Of a stretch of DNA of 62,496 nucleotides, positions 44,156 through 54,934 are shown piece by piece. Position 1 is the stretch's first letter, and the number at the start of each line of letters is the position of its first letter. The stretch is from assembly GCA_938045955.1 (NCBI GenBank), contig CALIBK010000043.1, forward strand, positions 1-62,496, written 5' to 3'. Origin of the DNA: an uncultured bacterium (lineage in GTDB: Bacteria > Desulfobacterota > BSN033 > UBA1163). The notes under the pieces are model-generated. The model was not told where the DNA came from. It was given only the letters and a program-made list of their open reading frames with translations, and searched no databases. The position numbers were made by a program, and so were the translations under genes.

Positions 44156-44689
44156 TCAAGAGGGCTTCTGGCTTGAGAGAGGAGTTAAAACCATCACAAA
44201 ATTCCTCCCCTCAAATTTGGGTAACTGCTCCACCTTCCCATAGGGTTTCATCTCCTCAATGATTCGTTCCATCATCGTCTTCCCCATTTCAGGGTGAGCC
44301 AGTTCCCGCCCACGAAAAAGAATCGTCACCTTGGTTTTATTTCCCTCTCTTAAAAATCGTTCAATATGACGAAGTTTAAATTGGAAGTCGTGCTCCTCAG
44401 TTTTCGGCCTGAATTTTACCTCCTTGAGATGAACAATGGTCTGTTTCTTCTTTGCTTCATGAGCCTTTTTGCTCTGTTGATACTTAAACTTCCCGTAATC
44501 CATGATCCGGCAAACCGGAGGATCAGATTTCGGGGAGACCTCGACTAAATCCAAATCATATTGAGCGGCCGTTCTAAGGGCTTCTATGAGAGGTAAAATC
44601 CCTAACTGCTTTCCTTCGGGATCAATGACTCTTACTTCCTTTGCTCGAATCTCACGATTCACCCTCACCTCTTTGATGATAGACACCAC
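44156..44689 (-). CDS. infC: Translation initiation factor IF-3
   Basis: IIKE.R.N..IR..EVR.ID..G.QLGI; KEVKFRP...EHD...K. The real start is probably a non-canonical AUC at 44680 (see findings). Confidence 0.92.
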   Translation of the reverse strand: MVSIIKEVRVNREIRAKEVRVIDPEGKQLGILPLIEALRTAAQYDLDLVEVSPKSDPPVCRIMDYGKFKYQQSKKAHEAKKKQTIVHLKEVKFRPKTEEHDFQFKLRHIERFLREGNKTKVTILFRGRELAHPEMGKTMMERIIEEMKPYGKVEQLPKFEGRNFVMVLTPLSSQKPS

Positions 44690-44728
44690 CTCCTCATTAC
44701 TTTCGATTACCCATGGCTGAATTTTAAT

Positions 44729-46615
44729 TTATAATTTTGGATAGTCCGATTCCACTAAGGCAATGAATTCATCCACCTTCATCCCTGAAAAGGTCTTCCC
44801 ACTTCTGAAACGAGGAGAAACGGTTCTTTCCTTTTCCTCCCTATCCCCGATCACCAGCATATAGGGAATCTTCTGGAGCTGGGCCTCTCGAATCTTAAAT
44901 CCCAATTTTTCGTTCCGAAAATCCTTCTCCACCCTTACTCCCTTTTGAATCAATTCCCGGAAGACCTTCTCTGCATAGGGAACATGTCGCTCTGTGACGG
45001 TAAGGAGGATGGCCTGGATTGGGGAGAGCCAGACCGGGAATGCCCCTCCATAATGTTCAATGAGCACTCCGATGAATCTCTCCATGGCTCCCAAAATGAC
45101 CCGATGAAGCATGACCGGTCGATGTCGCTCTCCATCCGCACCGATATAGGTGAGGTCGAATCTCTCGGGCATCGCAAAATCGACCTGAATGGTCGCACAT
45201 TGCCATCGCCGGCCCAGGGCGTCCTTCAATTTGACATCAATCTTTGGACCATAAAAGGCTCCCTCCCCTTCGTTGACTTCATAGGGAAGCCCTTTCTCCT
45301 TTAGAGATTGAAGGAGAGCTTGGGTTGCCTTCTCCCAATCCTCATCCGTGCCGATAGACTTTTCTGGTCGGGTACTGAGCTCCATCTCAAACTCAAAACC
45401 GAAGACCTTCATGACATCATCGACAAAATCAATGATTCCTTTGATCTCTTCATTGAGTTGATCGGGTCGACAGAAGAGGTGAGCGTCATCCTGAGTAAAT
45501 CCCCGAACCCTGAGAAGTCCGTGAAGTTCCCCGGATTTTTCGTGTCGATGAACGGTCCCTAATTCAAAGTACCTTAAGGGTAACTCTCGATAGCTTCGAA
45601 TCTTAGACTTGTAGATAAGCATATGGGCCAGACAGTTCATCGGCTTGATCCCGTATTCTATGTCCTCTACCTTTGTGAAATACATCTTATCTCTATAGTT
45701 TTCAAAATGACCCGATCGCTTCCAGAGCTCCAGCCTCAGGAGTTGGGGACCAATGACGATCTGATATCCCCTCTTTAGATGCTCCCTCTTCTCAAAATCT
45801 TCGAGGATGGTTCGGAGCATGGCTCCTCTGGGATGATAGATGACCAATCCCGGTCCTGCCTCTTCGCTGAGACTGAAGAGATCAAGCTCTCTTCCCAGTC
45901 TTCGATGATCCCTCTTTCGAGCCTCTTCCAGCATTTGAAGGTATTCTTCAAGGGCTTTGAATTCCGGGAAGGCTGTTCCATAGATTCTCTGGAGGACCTG
46001 ATTCCTTGCGTCTCCTCGCCAATACGTTCCTGAAACACTGAGGAGTTTGAAGGCTTTAATTCTTCCGGTGGAGGGGAGGTGGGGCCCTTCACATAAATCT
46101 AAAAAAGATCCCTGTTGATAAAGGGAGACCCGTTCGGGAAGTTCCCTGAGATGTTCTACTTTATAATGTTCACCCATCTTCTCGAAAATCGAGATCGCCT
46201 CTTCCCTTGAAACCTCCTTTCGAACAAAGGGCTCATCCCTTTGAACAATCTCCATCATCTTCTTCTCTATCGCCTCAAGGTCTTGAGGAGTAAAACTCTT
46301 CTCATAATCAAAATCATAATAAAAACCTGTTTCAGTGGATGGACCAAAAGTCAGTTTCGCCGAGGGATAGAGTTCCTTCACAGCCTGAGCCATGACATGG
46401 GCCGTGGAATGGCGAAGAATCTCCAGCCCCTTTTTAGAGGTAATAGAGACATATTGGATCGAGGCATCTTCCTCGACCCGAGAGGATAGGTCCACCAGTC
46501 TGCCATTGAGTTGAACAGCGATGGTATCCTGGTCCACAAACTCCTGAATTCTTATTCCCTTCGGAACAATCTTTTTCTCTCCACTGGGAAGAGTAAGGGT
46601 CACCCGTTCTTCCAT
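44729..46615 (-). CDS. thrS: Threonine--tRNA ligase
   Basis: N-terminal TGS domain (ITLPSGE), [10 protein letters not shown] editing-domain motif, class II core and anticodon-binding domain. 628 aa. Confidence 0.94.
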   Translation of the reverse strand: MEERVTLTLPSGEKKIVPKGIRIQEFVDQDTIAVQLNGRLVDLSSRVEEDASIQYVSITSKKGLEILRHSTAHVMAQAVKELYPSAKLTFGPSTETGFYYDFDYEKSFTPQDLEAIEKKMMEIVQRDEPFVRKEVSREEAISIFEKMGEHYKVEHLRELPERVSLYQQGSFLDLCEGPHLPSTGRIKAFKLLSVSGTYWRGDARNQVLQRIYGTAFPEFKALEEYLQMLEEARKRDHRRLGRELDLFSLSEEAGPGLVIYHPRGAMLRTILEDFEKREHLKRGYQIVIGPQLLRLELWKRSGHFENYRDKMYFTKVEDIEYGIKPMNCLAHMLIYKSKIRSYRELPLRYFELGTVHRHEKSGELHGLLRVRGFTQDDAHLFCRPDQLNEEIKGIIDFVDDVMKVFGFEFEMELSTRPEKSIGTDEDWEKATQALLQSLKEKGLPYEVNEGEGAFYGPKIDVKLKDALGRRWQCATIQVDFAMPERFDLTYIGADGERHRPVMLHRVILGAMERFIGVLIEHYGGAFPVWLSPIQAILLTVTERHVPYAEKVFRELIQKGVRVEKDFRNEKLGFKIREAQLQKIPYMLVIGDREEKERTVSPRFRSGKTFSGMKVDEFIALVESDYPKL

Positions 46616-46633
46616 CTATACTCAGATTGAAAC

Positions 46634-46679
46634 GGAAGAGGCATCATTCATCCTGATAAAGATGAATGATGCCTCTTCC
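46634..46679 (-). terminator. Perfect 19-bp hairpin between tRNA-Val and thrS (terminator/processing signal or thrS leader structure)
   Basis: GGAAGAGGCATCATTCATC (46634-46652), 8-nt loop, GATGAATGATGCCTCTTCC (46661-46679). On the minus strand it is followed by GTTTCAATCTG, a weak U tract, and ends 18 nt before the thrS ATG. Confidence 0.45.
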
Positions 46680-46743
46680 AATTTTCAATTAAATTGTTTG
46701 TTTTTTCAGGAACTTTAGATCCACTCAATATATATTTTATTTT

Positions 46744-46818
46744 TGGTAGGCACGTGGGGATTTGAACCCCAGACTTCTACCGCGTCAAGGTAGCGCTCTC
46801 CCCCTGAGCTACGTGCCT
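46744..46818 (-). tRNA. tRNA-Val (anticodon GAC), CCA encoded
   Basis: Hand-folded: acceptor AGGCACG/CGTGCCT, D arm GCTC-AGGGGGA-GAGC, anticodon arm CTACC-TTGACGC-GGTAG, T arm TGGGG-TTCAAAT-CCCCA, then ACCA. 75 nt. Confidence 0.9.
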
Positions 46819-46864
46819 GTTATCTCCTTCCTTCCCATGGAATAAAACTCTGAAAGTTGTTGTA

Positions 46865-46893
46865 TCCATAACAGGTTTTTATCTCATTGTCAA
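46865..46893 (-). promoter_or_regulatory. Putative promoter of tRNA-Val (TTGACA - 17 nt - TATGGA)
   Basis: Minus strand: TTGACA (46893-46888), TATGGA (46870-46865), about 45 nt upstream of the tRNA 5' end. Confidence 0.4.
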
Positions 46894-46946
46894 GAAAATT
46901 CTAAGCATTTCTCTAAAACCCGATGAAAGCATTGTGGAGGTCGATC

Positions 46947-49544
46947 TTATTCTGAAGCTTTAAAGATCAGACCTTCTTTCCCCTCTTTCCAATCGACCAC
47001 AATCGTATCTCCCTCTTTAAACCTTCCCTCTAAGATCTGAAGAGCCAGTTTATCTTGAATCTCTTTCTGAATCACTCGCTTAAGGGGTCTGGCTCCGTAG
47101 GAAGGATCATAGCCCTCTCTTGCAAGCCATTCCTTTGCTTTCTCCGTCATTTTAAGCTTGAGTCGTCTTTCTCCGAGCCTCTGTTCAAGTTTTCGAACCT
47201 GTATCTCCACAATGGCCTTGATCTCGCTCATCCCGAGGCTTCGGAAAATAATCAATTCATCAATTCGATTAATAAATTCGGGTTTAAAATGGGCTCTCAC
47301 GGCATCCATCACCCTTCTTCGCATCTCTTCGTAATCCCTCTCTCCTAAGTCCATAATCCACTGGCTTCCGATATTGGAAGTCATAATGATCACTGTATTT
47401 TTAAAATCCACTGTCCTTCCGTGGCCGTCCGTCAAACGCCCATCATCAAGGATTTGAAGGAGGAGATTGAAGACCTCTGGATGGGCTTTCTCAATCTCAT
47501 CCATCAATACAATGGAATAAGGTCTCCTTCGAACGGCTTCCGTCAGAAATCCACCTTCCTCATATCCTACATAACCGGGAGGAGCTCCGATGAGCCTTGC
47601 TACCGAATGTTTCTCCATATATTCTGACATATCGATTCTGACCATGGCCTGTTCATCATCAAATAGGAACTCAGCCAGTGCGCGGGCCAGTTCCGTCTTT
47701 CCTACCCCGGTAGGTCCCATAAAGATGAAGGAACCAATGGGTCGGTTGGGATCCTGAAGTCCTGCCCTTGCCCTTCTTACGGCGTTGGAGACCGCCCGGA
47801 TGGCCTCTTCCTGACCAACCACTCTTTGACTCAGCCTTTCCTCCATATGAAGGAGTTTTTCTACCTCCCCTTCCAACATCTTAGAGACGGGAATCCCGGT
47901 CCATTTCGAGACCACCTCTGCCACATCCTCCTCATCAACCTCCTCTTTGAGCATCTTTCCATCCCTCTGAAGTTCAGCCAGTCTTGCCTCTTCCTCTCTC
48001 AACTCCTTTTCCAGATGGGTCATCTCCCCATACTGAAGTTCTGCTAATCTCGAATAGTCTGCTTCTCTTTCCGCTTCCTTCATCAACTGCCGAGTCCGTT
48101 CGATCTGTTCTTTAAGCTGTTGAATCCGTGAGATTGACTTCTTTTCATTCTCCCATTTGATCTTCTTCTCTTGAACCTCTTTTTTTAGTTCTGCCAGTTC
48201 CTTCTCAAGCTTCTTTAACCGCTCCATCGAAACCTTGTCTTTCTCCTTTTTTAAGGCCTGACGCTCAATCTCGAGTTGCATGATTTTTCGCTGGACTTCA
48301 TCAATTTCCATAGGCACACTATCAATCTCGATTCTTAAGCGAGAGGCAGCTTCATCAATCAAGTCAACGGCCTTATCGGGCAGGAACCGATCCGAAATAT
48401 AGCGGTGGGAGAGCATGGCTGCTGCGATCAGGGCAGAATCCTTGATCTTCACTCCATGATGGACTTCGTAACGCTCCTTCAATCCTCTCAGAATCGCAAT
48501 GGTATCCTCCACACTGGGCTGGGCCACATAGATGGGTTGAAACCTTCTCTCAAGGGCGGCATCCTTCTCCACATACTTCCGGTATTCATTCAGGGTCGTG
48601 GCACCAATGCAGCGCAGTTCTCCTCTGGCTAAGGCAGGCTTAAGCATATTGGAAGCGTCAATCGCTCCCTCTGCCGCTCCCGCTCCCACCAATGTATGGA
48701 GTTCATCGATAAAGAGAATAATGTTGCCTGAGGCTGCCTGGATCTCCTTCAGGACAGCCTTTAATCTTTCCTCAAACTCTCCCCTGAACTTCGCTCCAGC
48801 GATGAGAGCCCCCAGATCCAGGGCAACGAGTTTCTTATTCTTCAAGGTCTCCGGGACATCTCCCTTCACAATCCTTTGAGCCAGGCCTTCAACGATCGCA
48901 GTCTTCCCTACCCCGGGTTCTCCTATCAACACCGGGTTATTCTTCGTTCTTCTTGAAAGAACCTGAATGACCCTTCGAATCTCTTCATCCCTCCCGATCA
49001 CGGGATCCAATTTCCCTTTTCGGGCCTCTTCGGTGAGATCCCGACTGTAACGTTTGAGAGCCTGGTACTTCTCCTCTGGATTCTGATCCGTCACCCGATG
49101 GGGACCCCGAATTTCCTGGAGCACCCGATAAATCGCATCCTTGGTAACTCCCTGTCTTTGAAGAATCTGTGAGGAGGGACCTCTCTTCTCGTCAGCAATG
49201 GCGATGAGGAGGTGTTCCGTTGAGAGATACTCGTCCATCAACCTCTCTGCTTCTTTCCATGCCGAATTCAAAAGTTCATTCAGGCGGCTGGAAAGATAGA
49301 CCTGCCCTGCTCCAGCCCCTGTGACCCTGGGAATCCGATTCAGTTCTCCATCCAACTGAGAAAGGATTAGCTCTATATTGGCTCCCAATTTCTGAAGTAT
49401 GGGAATGACAATTCCCTCTCTCTGGGAGAGAAGAGCAACCAGCAGATGCTCCACATCGATCTGCTGATGATTTCTCTGTTCTGCGATCGCTTTGGCTTGT
49501 TGTAAAGCCTCCTGGGCTTTTAAGGTAAATCGATCAATTTGCAT
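46947..49544 (-). CDS. clpB: ATP-dependent chaperone ClpB
   Basis: Clp_N repeats, two AAA+ modules ([18 protein letters not shown]), and a long coiled-coil M-domain between them. 865 aa. Confidence 0.95.
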   Translation of the reverse strand: MQIDRFTLKAQEALQQAKAIAEQRNHQQIDVEHLLVALLSQREGIVIPILQKLGANIELILSQLDGELNRIPRVTGAGAGQVYLSSRLNELLNSAWKEAERLMDEYLSTEHLLIAIADEKRGPSSQILQRQGVTKDAIYRVLQEIRGPHRVTDQNPEEKYQALKRYSRDLTEEARKGKLDPVIGRDEEIRRVIQVLSRRTKNNPVLIGEPGVGKTAIVEGLAQRIVKGDVPETLKNKKLVALDLGALIAGAKFRGEFEERLKAVLKEIQAASGNIILFIDELHTLVGAGAAEGAIDASNMLKPALARGELRCIGATTLNEYRKYVEKDAALERRFQPIYVAQPSVEDTIAILRGLKERYEVHHGVKIKDSALIAAAMLSHRYISDRFLPDKAVDLIDEAASRLRIEIDSVPMEIDEVQRKIMQLEIERQALKKEKDKVSMERLKKLEKELAELKKEVQEKKIKWENEKKSISRIQQLKEQIERTRQLMKEAEREADYSRLAELQYGEMTHLEKELREEEARLAELQRDGKMLKEEVDEEDVAEVVSKWTGIPVSKMLEGEVEKLLHMEERLSQRVVGQEEAIRAVSNAVRRARAGLQDPNRPIGSFIFMGPTGVGKTELARALAEFLFDDEQAMVRIDMSEYMEKHSVARLIGAPPGYVGYEEGGFLTEAVRRRPYSIVLMDEIEKAHPEVFNLLLQILDDGRLTDGHGRTVDFKNTVIIMTSNIGSQWIMDLGERDYEEMRRRVMDAVRAHFKPEFINRIDELIIFRSLGMSEIKAIVEIQVRKLEQRLGERRLKLKMTEKAKEWLAREGYDPSYGARPLKRVIQKEIQDKLALQILEGRFKEGDTIVVDWKEGKEGLIFKASE

Positions 49545-49592
49545 CTAAACCCTCCTATTTCTGTTGTTAGATCAAAAAACCCTTTTTCGAAA

Positions 49593-49621
49593 AACATAAT
49601 CATCCCTCACCATTTTTGCAA
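49593..49621 (-). promoter_or_regulatory. Putative clpB promoter (TTGCAA - 17 nt - TATGTT)
   Basis: Minus strand: TTGCAA (49621-49616), TATGTT (49598-49593). It overlaps the TTTTTCGAAAAA palindrome at 49583-49594. Confidence 0.3.
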
Positions 49622-49645
49622 ATTATTTTTTCCTGTGAAGAAAGG

Positions 49646-50476
49646 TTAATTCTTTAATAATATAGATAGGTTAACAAACTCTTGAGGAGTTAAGGTTTCA
49701 GGCCTCCGATCTGGATCAATCTTTGCTTCCTTTAATCTCGTTTGAAGATCTTCGGGAAGGGGAAGACCAGAGGATTTAAGTGCGTTGAAAAGGGTTTTTC
49801 GACGATACCCAAGGCATCCCTTCACCACTTTTTTAAACCATCCTTCCTTCTCATCCTCGATGAGTGGCCTCTTTCTCCATTCGATTCGAATAAAGGCAGA
49901 GTCTACCTTTGGAGGCGGGAAGAAAGCAGAGGGCTTTATAAGAAAAAGGAGGGTGGGAATAGAGATCACTTGTGTAAAAACGGATAAAGGACCATACTCC
50001 TTCCTTCCTGCAGGAGCGATGATTCGTTGGGCGACCTCCTTCTGGATCATCAGATGGAGATCCTGAAACAACCTTCTTTCCTCCATCAATCGGAAGAGAA
50101 GAGGGGTGGTGATCTGATAGGGCAGGTTTGCCACCACTCGAAGCGGAATGCCCTCCCGACCGAAGAGGGAAGAGAAGTCCATTTTAATAATATCCCCTTC
50201 GACGATCTCAATATTCAACAGGTTTGAAAACTTCTCTCTTAATCTCCTGACCAGACGGGAATCGATCTCAATGGCGATGACCTGTTTAGCCAGTTGAGAG
50301 AGAGCCAGAGTCATCTCTCCCAGGCCAGGGCCAATCTCGAGAACGGTATCCTCCTTGCCAATCTGTATGGAGCGAAGAATCTTCTTCAGGATATTGCGGT
50401 CTACCAGGAAATGCTGCCCCCATCGCTTTTTAGGAGATAGCCCGTATTCTTTGAGTTCCTTAAAGACAGAAGCCAT
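49646..50476 (-). CDS. rsmA: 16S rRNA (adenine1518/1519-N6)-dimethyltransferase
   Basis: KK.WGQHFL.D......I; EIGPGLG.MT; NLPY.I.TP. Confidence 0.92.
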   Translation of the reverse strand: MASVFKELKEYGLSPKKRWGQHFLVDRNILKKILRSIQIGKEDTVLEIGPGLGEMTLALSQLAKQVIAIEIDSRLVRRLREKFSNLLNIEIVEGDIIKMDFSSLFGREGIPLRVVANLPYQITTPLLFRLMEERRLFQDLHLMIQKEVAQRIIAPAGRKEYGPLSVFTQVISIPTLLFLIKPSAFFPPPKVDSAFIRIEWRKRPLIEDEKEGWFKKVVKGCLGYRRKTLFNALKSSGLPLPEDLQTRLKEAKIDPDRRPETLTPQEFVNLSILLKN

Positions 50477-50513
50477 CAGGAATCATCCTTCCTCTTTTGA
50501 AAAGAAGGAGGAA

Positions 50514-51539
50514 TTAAAGGGGAAGGTTTGAGTAGGCATTCGTCGAATAGTCCGATCGAATTCCCTGTTTTAAATACTCATATCCGATCACCCCTACCAT
50601 CGCTGCATTATCCGTACAGAGTTGAGGGGAAGGGATATAGAGTTTCAATTTCTGATTCAAGGCCTCTTCTCTCATTCTCTCTCGGAAGAGTCGGTTCGCC
50701 GCTACTCCTCCGGAAATCACGATTCTCCGGATCCCTTCCTGTTTGGAGGCAAGGATGGTCTTTTGAACAAGCACATCGACCACTGCTTCCTGAAAACTTG
50801 AAGCGATATCACAGAGTAGACCTTCTGAAAATTTTTCGGACGATTCTTGATAGGTCTTGACAAAATGGACCACCGCTGTCTTTAGTCCACTGAAGCTAAA
50901 GTCGAGCGAATTTTTACCAAGAAAAGCTCTTGGGAATCGAATGGCCTTGGGATTTCCTCTCTTTGAGAGTTCATCAATAATGGGCCCTCCGGGATAACCC
51001 AATCCTAACAATTTCGCTACCTTATCGAATGCTTCCCCTGCGGCATCATCTCGCGTCTGACCTAACCGAACCACTTTCCCGAATCCATCCACTCGAAACA
51101 GAGAGGTATGCCCCCCTGAAACGACCAGCCCGATAAAAGGGAACCTTGGAGGTTCCTCCTCCAGGAAGATAGCAGAAAGATGAGCCTCAACGTGATTGAC
51201 CCCTACAAAAGGGATTCCCATCGCAAAGGCGATGGACTTTGCAAAAGAAAGGCCTACCAGGAGAGAACCCACCAATCCGGGTCCCTGAGTCACTGCGATT
51301 CCATCAATCTCTTTCAACGTCACCCCTGCCCTGCCTAAGGCTTCGGTAACAATGGGAACAATCGCCTCAAGATGACTTCTCGAAGCAAGTTCGGGAACGA
51401 CCCCTCCGTATTTCTGATGAATCGAAACCTGGGAAGAGACCACATTGGAAAGAATCTTTCTCCCGTCGAGAAGAATAGCCGCCCCTGTATCGTCACAGGA
51501 GGTCTCAATTGCCAAAATAATCCCCTTTTTCATGGCCAT
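50514..51539 (-). CDS. tsaD: tRNA N6-adenosine threonylcarbamoyltransferase
   Basis: ILAIETSCDDT, GVVPELASRSH, VNHVEAH, SGGHT, GGVAAN. Confidence 0.93.
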   Translation of the reverse strand: MAMKKGIILAIETSCDDTGAAILLDGRKILSNVVSSQVSIHQKYGGVVPELASRSHLEAIVPIVTEALGRAGVTLKEIDGIAVTQGPGLVGSLLVGLSFAKSIAFAMGIPFVGVNHVEAHLSAIFLEEEPPRFPFIGLVVSGGHTSLFRVDGFGKVVRLGQTRDDAAGEAFDKVAKLLGLGYPGGPIIDELSKRGNPKAIRFPRAFLGKNSLDFSFSGLKTAVVHFVKTYQESSEKFSEGLLCDIASSFQEAVVDVLVQKTILASKQEGIRRIVISGGVAANRLFRERMREEALNQKLKLYIPSPQLCTDNAAMVGVIGYEYLKQGIRSDYSTNAYSNLPL

Positions 51540-51549
51540 TGCCCATTAA

Positions 51550-52212
51550 TCATTGGTTTATTGTTCCATTCTCCATCCACCCGTACCTTCCGATCAACTT
51601 CACAAACCGGCACCCTCCCAGATCTTCCCTTTTCTGTCCCTCCTTTGTCTTGATCACCCGGATGAGGTCTTGAGAGTAGGCATCTCCCACGGGGATGACC
51701 AACCTTCCTCCCAAACCCAATTGGTCATAAAGGGGTGGAGGAATCTCAGGAGCTCCAGCAGTCACGAGGATCGCATCAAAGGGGCTTTTTTCTGGCCATC
51801 CAACCGTTCCATCAAACACCTTAATTTCCACATGGTAGTATCCAAGCTCGTATAGCAATCTCCTTGCTTTAAGGGCAAGGGAACGAATCCTTTCGATGGA
51901 ATAGACTTCCTGAGCGATTTCCGCAAGAATTGCGGTTTGATAACCTGAACCTGTTCCTATCTCTAAGACCCTTTCTTTTCCGGTCAATTGGAGGGCCTCC
52001 GTCATGAGAGCCACCATATAGGGTTGAGAGATGGTTTGTTTTTCCCCGATTGGAAGAGGATGATCATTATAAGCCTGTCCCTGGAGTGCCTCTTCAACGA
52101 AGAGATGACGTGGAACCTTCCTCATTGCCGCAATCACTCGAGGGTCCTTAATCCCTCTGGCAATGATCTGTTCTTCCACCATTTTCTCCCTTGCCTTTGG
52201 GAAATCGATCAT
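51550..52212 (-). CDS. pcm: Protein-L-isoaspartate O-methyltransferase
   Basis: [35 protein letters not shown]. Confidence 0.92.
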   Translation of the reverse strand: MIDFPKAREKMVEEQIIARGIKDPRVIAAMRKVPRHLFVEEALQGQAYNDHPLPIGEKQTISQPYMVALMTEALQLTGKERVLEIGTGSGYQTAILAEIAQEVYSIERIRSLALKARRLLYELGYYHVEIKVFDGTVGWPEKSPFDAILVTAGAPEIPPPLYDQLGLGGRLVIPVGDAYSQDLIRVIKTKEGQKREDLGGCRFVKLIGRYGWMENGTINQ

Positions 52213-54809
52213 TCCTCTTGCTCTATCTTTTTCTTCAAAGAACTCAAAAAATTGAGCGCTTCAATCGGTGTCATTTGATTTGGATCGATCCTCTTCAGTT
52301 CCCATCGGATGGGATCGTGGGGGGAAAACAGAGAGAGTTGGGGAGACGATTTGAACTTTGTGATCTCCCCTCTGGTCCTCGCAATTTTGGGCATTCCGGT
52401 AGAGTCCAGCTCACCCTTTTCCAGGTTGGAGAGAACCTCTTTAGCTCGATCGATTACCTTAGGAGGAAGGCCAGCTAACCTGGCCACCTGAATTCCATAG
52501 CTCCGATTGGTTCCACCTTCTACAATCTTCCGAAGAAAGATAATCTCGCCCTTCCATTCCTTTACAGAAACGTTATAATTCTTTACCCCCTCTTTCGTCA
52601 GGGCTAATTCGGTCAACTCATGGTAGTGAGTTGCAAAAAGGGTTCGGGGATGAAGCAACGGATGATCATGGAGATACTCAGCAACGGCCCAGGCAATCCC
52701 CAATCCATCGAAGGTACTTGTCCCCCTCCCAATCTCATCCAAAATCACCAAGCTCTGTGAGGTGGCCTGAGTCAAAATCCGGGCCGTCTCCATCATCTCC
52801 ACCATAAAGGTGCTCTGTCCCCGCATGATATGATCCATCGCTCCAACCCGGGTAAAAATTCGATCCACCCTCCCGATTCGTGCCTCTTTGGCTGGAACGA
52901 AACTTCCCATCTGAGCCATCAGCACGATAAGGGCGACCTGCCTGAGATAGGTGGATTTTCCCGCCATATTCGGACCGGTGAGAATGATGAGCTGATGATC
53001 CCTGGTATTGAGAAGGGTATCATTGGGTACAAATCGTTCTGAAAGATTCATCCTCTCCACAACCGGATGCCTTCCGTCACGAATGAAGATCTCATCTCCC
53101 TCATCCACCTTCGGTCTTACGTACTGGTACCGATCGGCTACCTCTGCCAGGGAAGCCAACACATCAAGAATAGAAAGGGCTGAGGAGGTTTTTCGAAGTC
53201 TTCCCGTCGCCTCCACAATCTTCTGGCGAATCTCTTCAAAGAGCCGATATTCTAATTGGCAGATCAATTCTTGTGCCCCCAATACCTTGGTCTCAAATTC
53301 TTTAAGTTCAGGGGTGATAAATCGTTCAGCGTTAACCAAAGTCTGTTTTCGAATGTAATGCTCTGGGACCAGATGAAGATTGCTTTTGGTCACTTCAATA
53401 TAGTACCCAAAGATTTGATTGTGACGAATTTTCAGAGAGGAAATCCCGGTCTTCCTTCTCTCCTCTGCTTCAAGCTCAAGAATCCATTTCTTTCCCTCCA
53501 TCCCGATCTCTCTTAATTCATCTAATTCTGGGTGATATCCTGGTTTGATGATCCCTCCTTCCTTTAAGGTCATGGGAGGAGTCTCCACAATAGCGGAGTC
53601 AAGAAGTTCAAAAAGATCATCAAACACATCAATCTCAGAAATCAGGTGGACGAGTAGGGGAGATGAAAAAGGTTGAAGGAGGGACTTGAGCTCGGGCAAT
53701 GGTCGAAGGGAATGCTTTAACCCCACCAGATCCCTTGGATTGGCGTGACCCAGGAAGATACGGGAGGTTAATCGTTCGATGTCCTGGATCTTTCCGAGAG
53801 ACTCCCTGATCCTTTTTCTTTCTATCTTTTTTTCTATAAATTCAGAGACGGCCTCCTGCCGACGTTCGATTTCTCCAATATCCATCAAAGGATAATTCAG
53901 CCACTGCCTCAATCTTCGACTTCCCATCGCTGTCCTCGTCTCATCCAACACCCATAGAAGAGAACCCTTCTTCTCCTGATCAAAGAGGGACTGGGTCAAC
54001 TCCAGATTTCTTTTGGCCGTCTCATCGAGAATCATGAAATCCTGAATTCGATAAAAGGTGATGGAGGAGAGGTCCGAAAGGGATCTTTTCTGATTCCTTT
54101 CTGCATAATGGAGTACCATTTCTGAGGCAAGAAGGGCTAAAGGGACCCCATCGGGAAGGATAAGATTCTCTATTCTCTGGAGTCTCTCAAAGGACTCGTG
54201 AGATTCTTCCTCGAGATAGGTGATCAGAGCATTTTCAAAACTCTTTTTAAACTTCTCAAAAAACGGGTGCTGTTGAAAACGCTTTTCGCAGAGAATCTCT
54301 TTGGGTTCGTTCCGAAGGGCCTCATTGAGAAAGGGATCGAACCCTGAAACCTGAGTCGCCTTCATTTCACCGGTAGAGATATCCAAGAAGGCCAGTCCAA
54401 AGACTTCTCCTTCTACGGAGAATCCCATCAAGTAGTTATTCTCTCCAGACCCAAGATGAATCGAATCGGTGGTGAGCCCCGGGGTGAAGACTCTCACCAC
54501 TTCCCTTCTGACTATCCCTTTGGCGTATTTTGGATCTTCTACCTGCTCACAGAGAGCAACTTTATACCCTCTTTGCAAAAGTTTGGAGATGTAGGTCTCT
54601 GCTGTAAAATAGGGGACCCCACAAAGAGGAATCGGCTCTTTTTCTCCCTTATCTCGTGAGGTGAGAGTAATCTCGAGCTCTTTCGAAGCGATCTGGGCAT
54701 CTTCAAAGAACATCTCATAAAAATCACCCATGCGAAAAAAAAGGATGGCATCGGGATATTGACTTTTGATCTGAAGATACTGTTTGATCATCGGGGTGAG
54801 AGGTTTCAT
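52209..54809 (-). CDS. mutS: DNA mismatch repair protein MutS
   Basis: TPM..QY..IK......[14 protein letters not shown]; Walker [10 protein letters not shown]; TH.HEL. 866 aa. Confidence 0.95.
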   Translation of the reverse strand: MKPLTPMIKQYLQIKSQYPDAILFFRMGDFYEMFFEDAQIASKELEITLTSRDKGEKEPIPLCGVPYFTAETYISKLLQRGYKVALCEQVEDPKYAKGIVRREVVRVFTPGLTTDSIHLGSGENNYLMGFSVEGEVFGLAFLDISTGEMKATQVSGFDPFLNEALRNEPKEILCEKRFQQHPFFEKFKKSFENALITYLEEESHESFERLQRIENLILPDGVPLALLASEMVLHYAERNQKRSLSDLSSITFYRIQDFMILDETAKRNLELTQSLFDQEKKGSLLWVLDETRTAMGSRRLRQWLNYPLMDIGEIERRQEAVSEFIEKKIERKRIRESLGKIQDIERLTSRIFLGHANPRDLVGLKHSLRPLPELKSLLQPFSSPLLVHLISEIDVFDDLFELLDSAIVETPPMTLKEGGIIKPGYHPELDELREIGMEGKKWILELEAEERRKTGISSLKIRHNQIFGYYIEVTKSNLHLVPEHYIRKQTLVNAERFITPELKEFETKVLGAQELICQLEYRLFEEIRQKIVEATGRLRKTSSALSILDVLASLAEVADRYQYVRPKVDEGDEIFIRDGRHPVVERMNLSERFVPNDTLLNTRDHQLIILTGPNMAGKSTYLRQVALIVLMAQMGSFVPAKEARIGRVDRIFTRVGAMDHIMRGQSTFMVEMMETARILTQATSQSLVILDEIGRGTSTFDGLGIAWAVAEYLHDHPLLHPRTLFATHYHELTELALTKEGVKNYNVSVKEWKGEIIFLRKIVEGGTNRSYGIQVARLAGLPPKVIDRAKEVLSNLEKGELDSTGMPKIARTRGEITKFKSSPQLSLFSPHDPIRWELKRIDPNQMTPIEALNFLSSLKKKIEQEE

Positions 54810-54884
54810 ACCTTTTTGACGAGGGGTAGAATCTTTTTAAATTAATCTAACAAAATCTTTTGGAGTTGTAAAATGGAAAGAAAA

Positions 54885-54934
54885 ACACCTGTCAGGCTTA
54901 AACGATTCCTATCTTTTCGTGTGGGATTATAAGC
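54885..54934. repeat. Degenerate partial copy of the palindromic repeat family (arm end only)
   Basis: ACACCTGTCAGGCTTAAACGATTCCTATCTTTTCGTGTGGGATTATAAGC aligns by eye with the reverse complement of 30697-30748 (..CCCCTGTCAGGCTAAAATGATTTCCACCCTTCGGTGAGGGATTACGC..). About 70-80% identity. Confidence 0.55.

Noticed and set aside
46653-46660. The loop of the thrS-proximal hairpin as a tRNA-Thr anticodon-loop mimic (an E. coli-type thrS operator).
   Set aside because: The loop on the mRNA strand is UUUAUCAG. It contains no xGU anticodon-like triplet in a 7-nt loop context.
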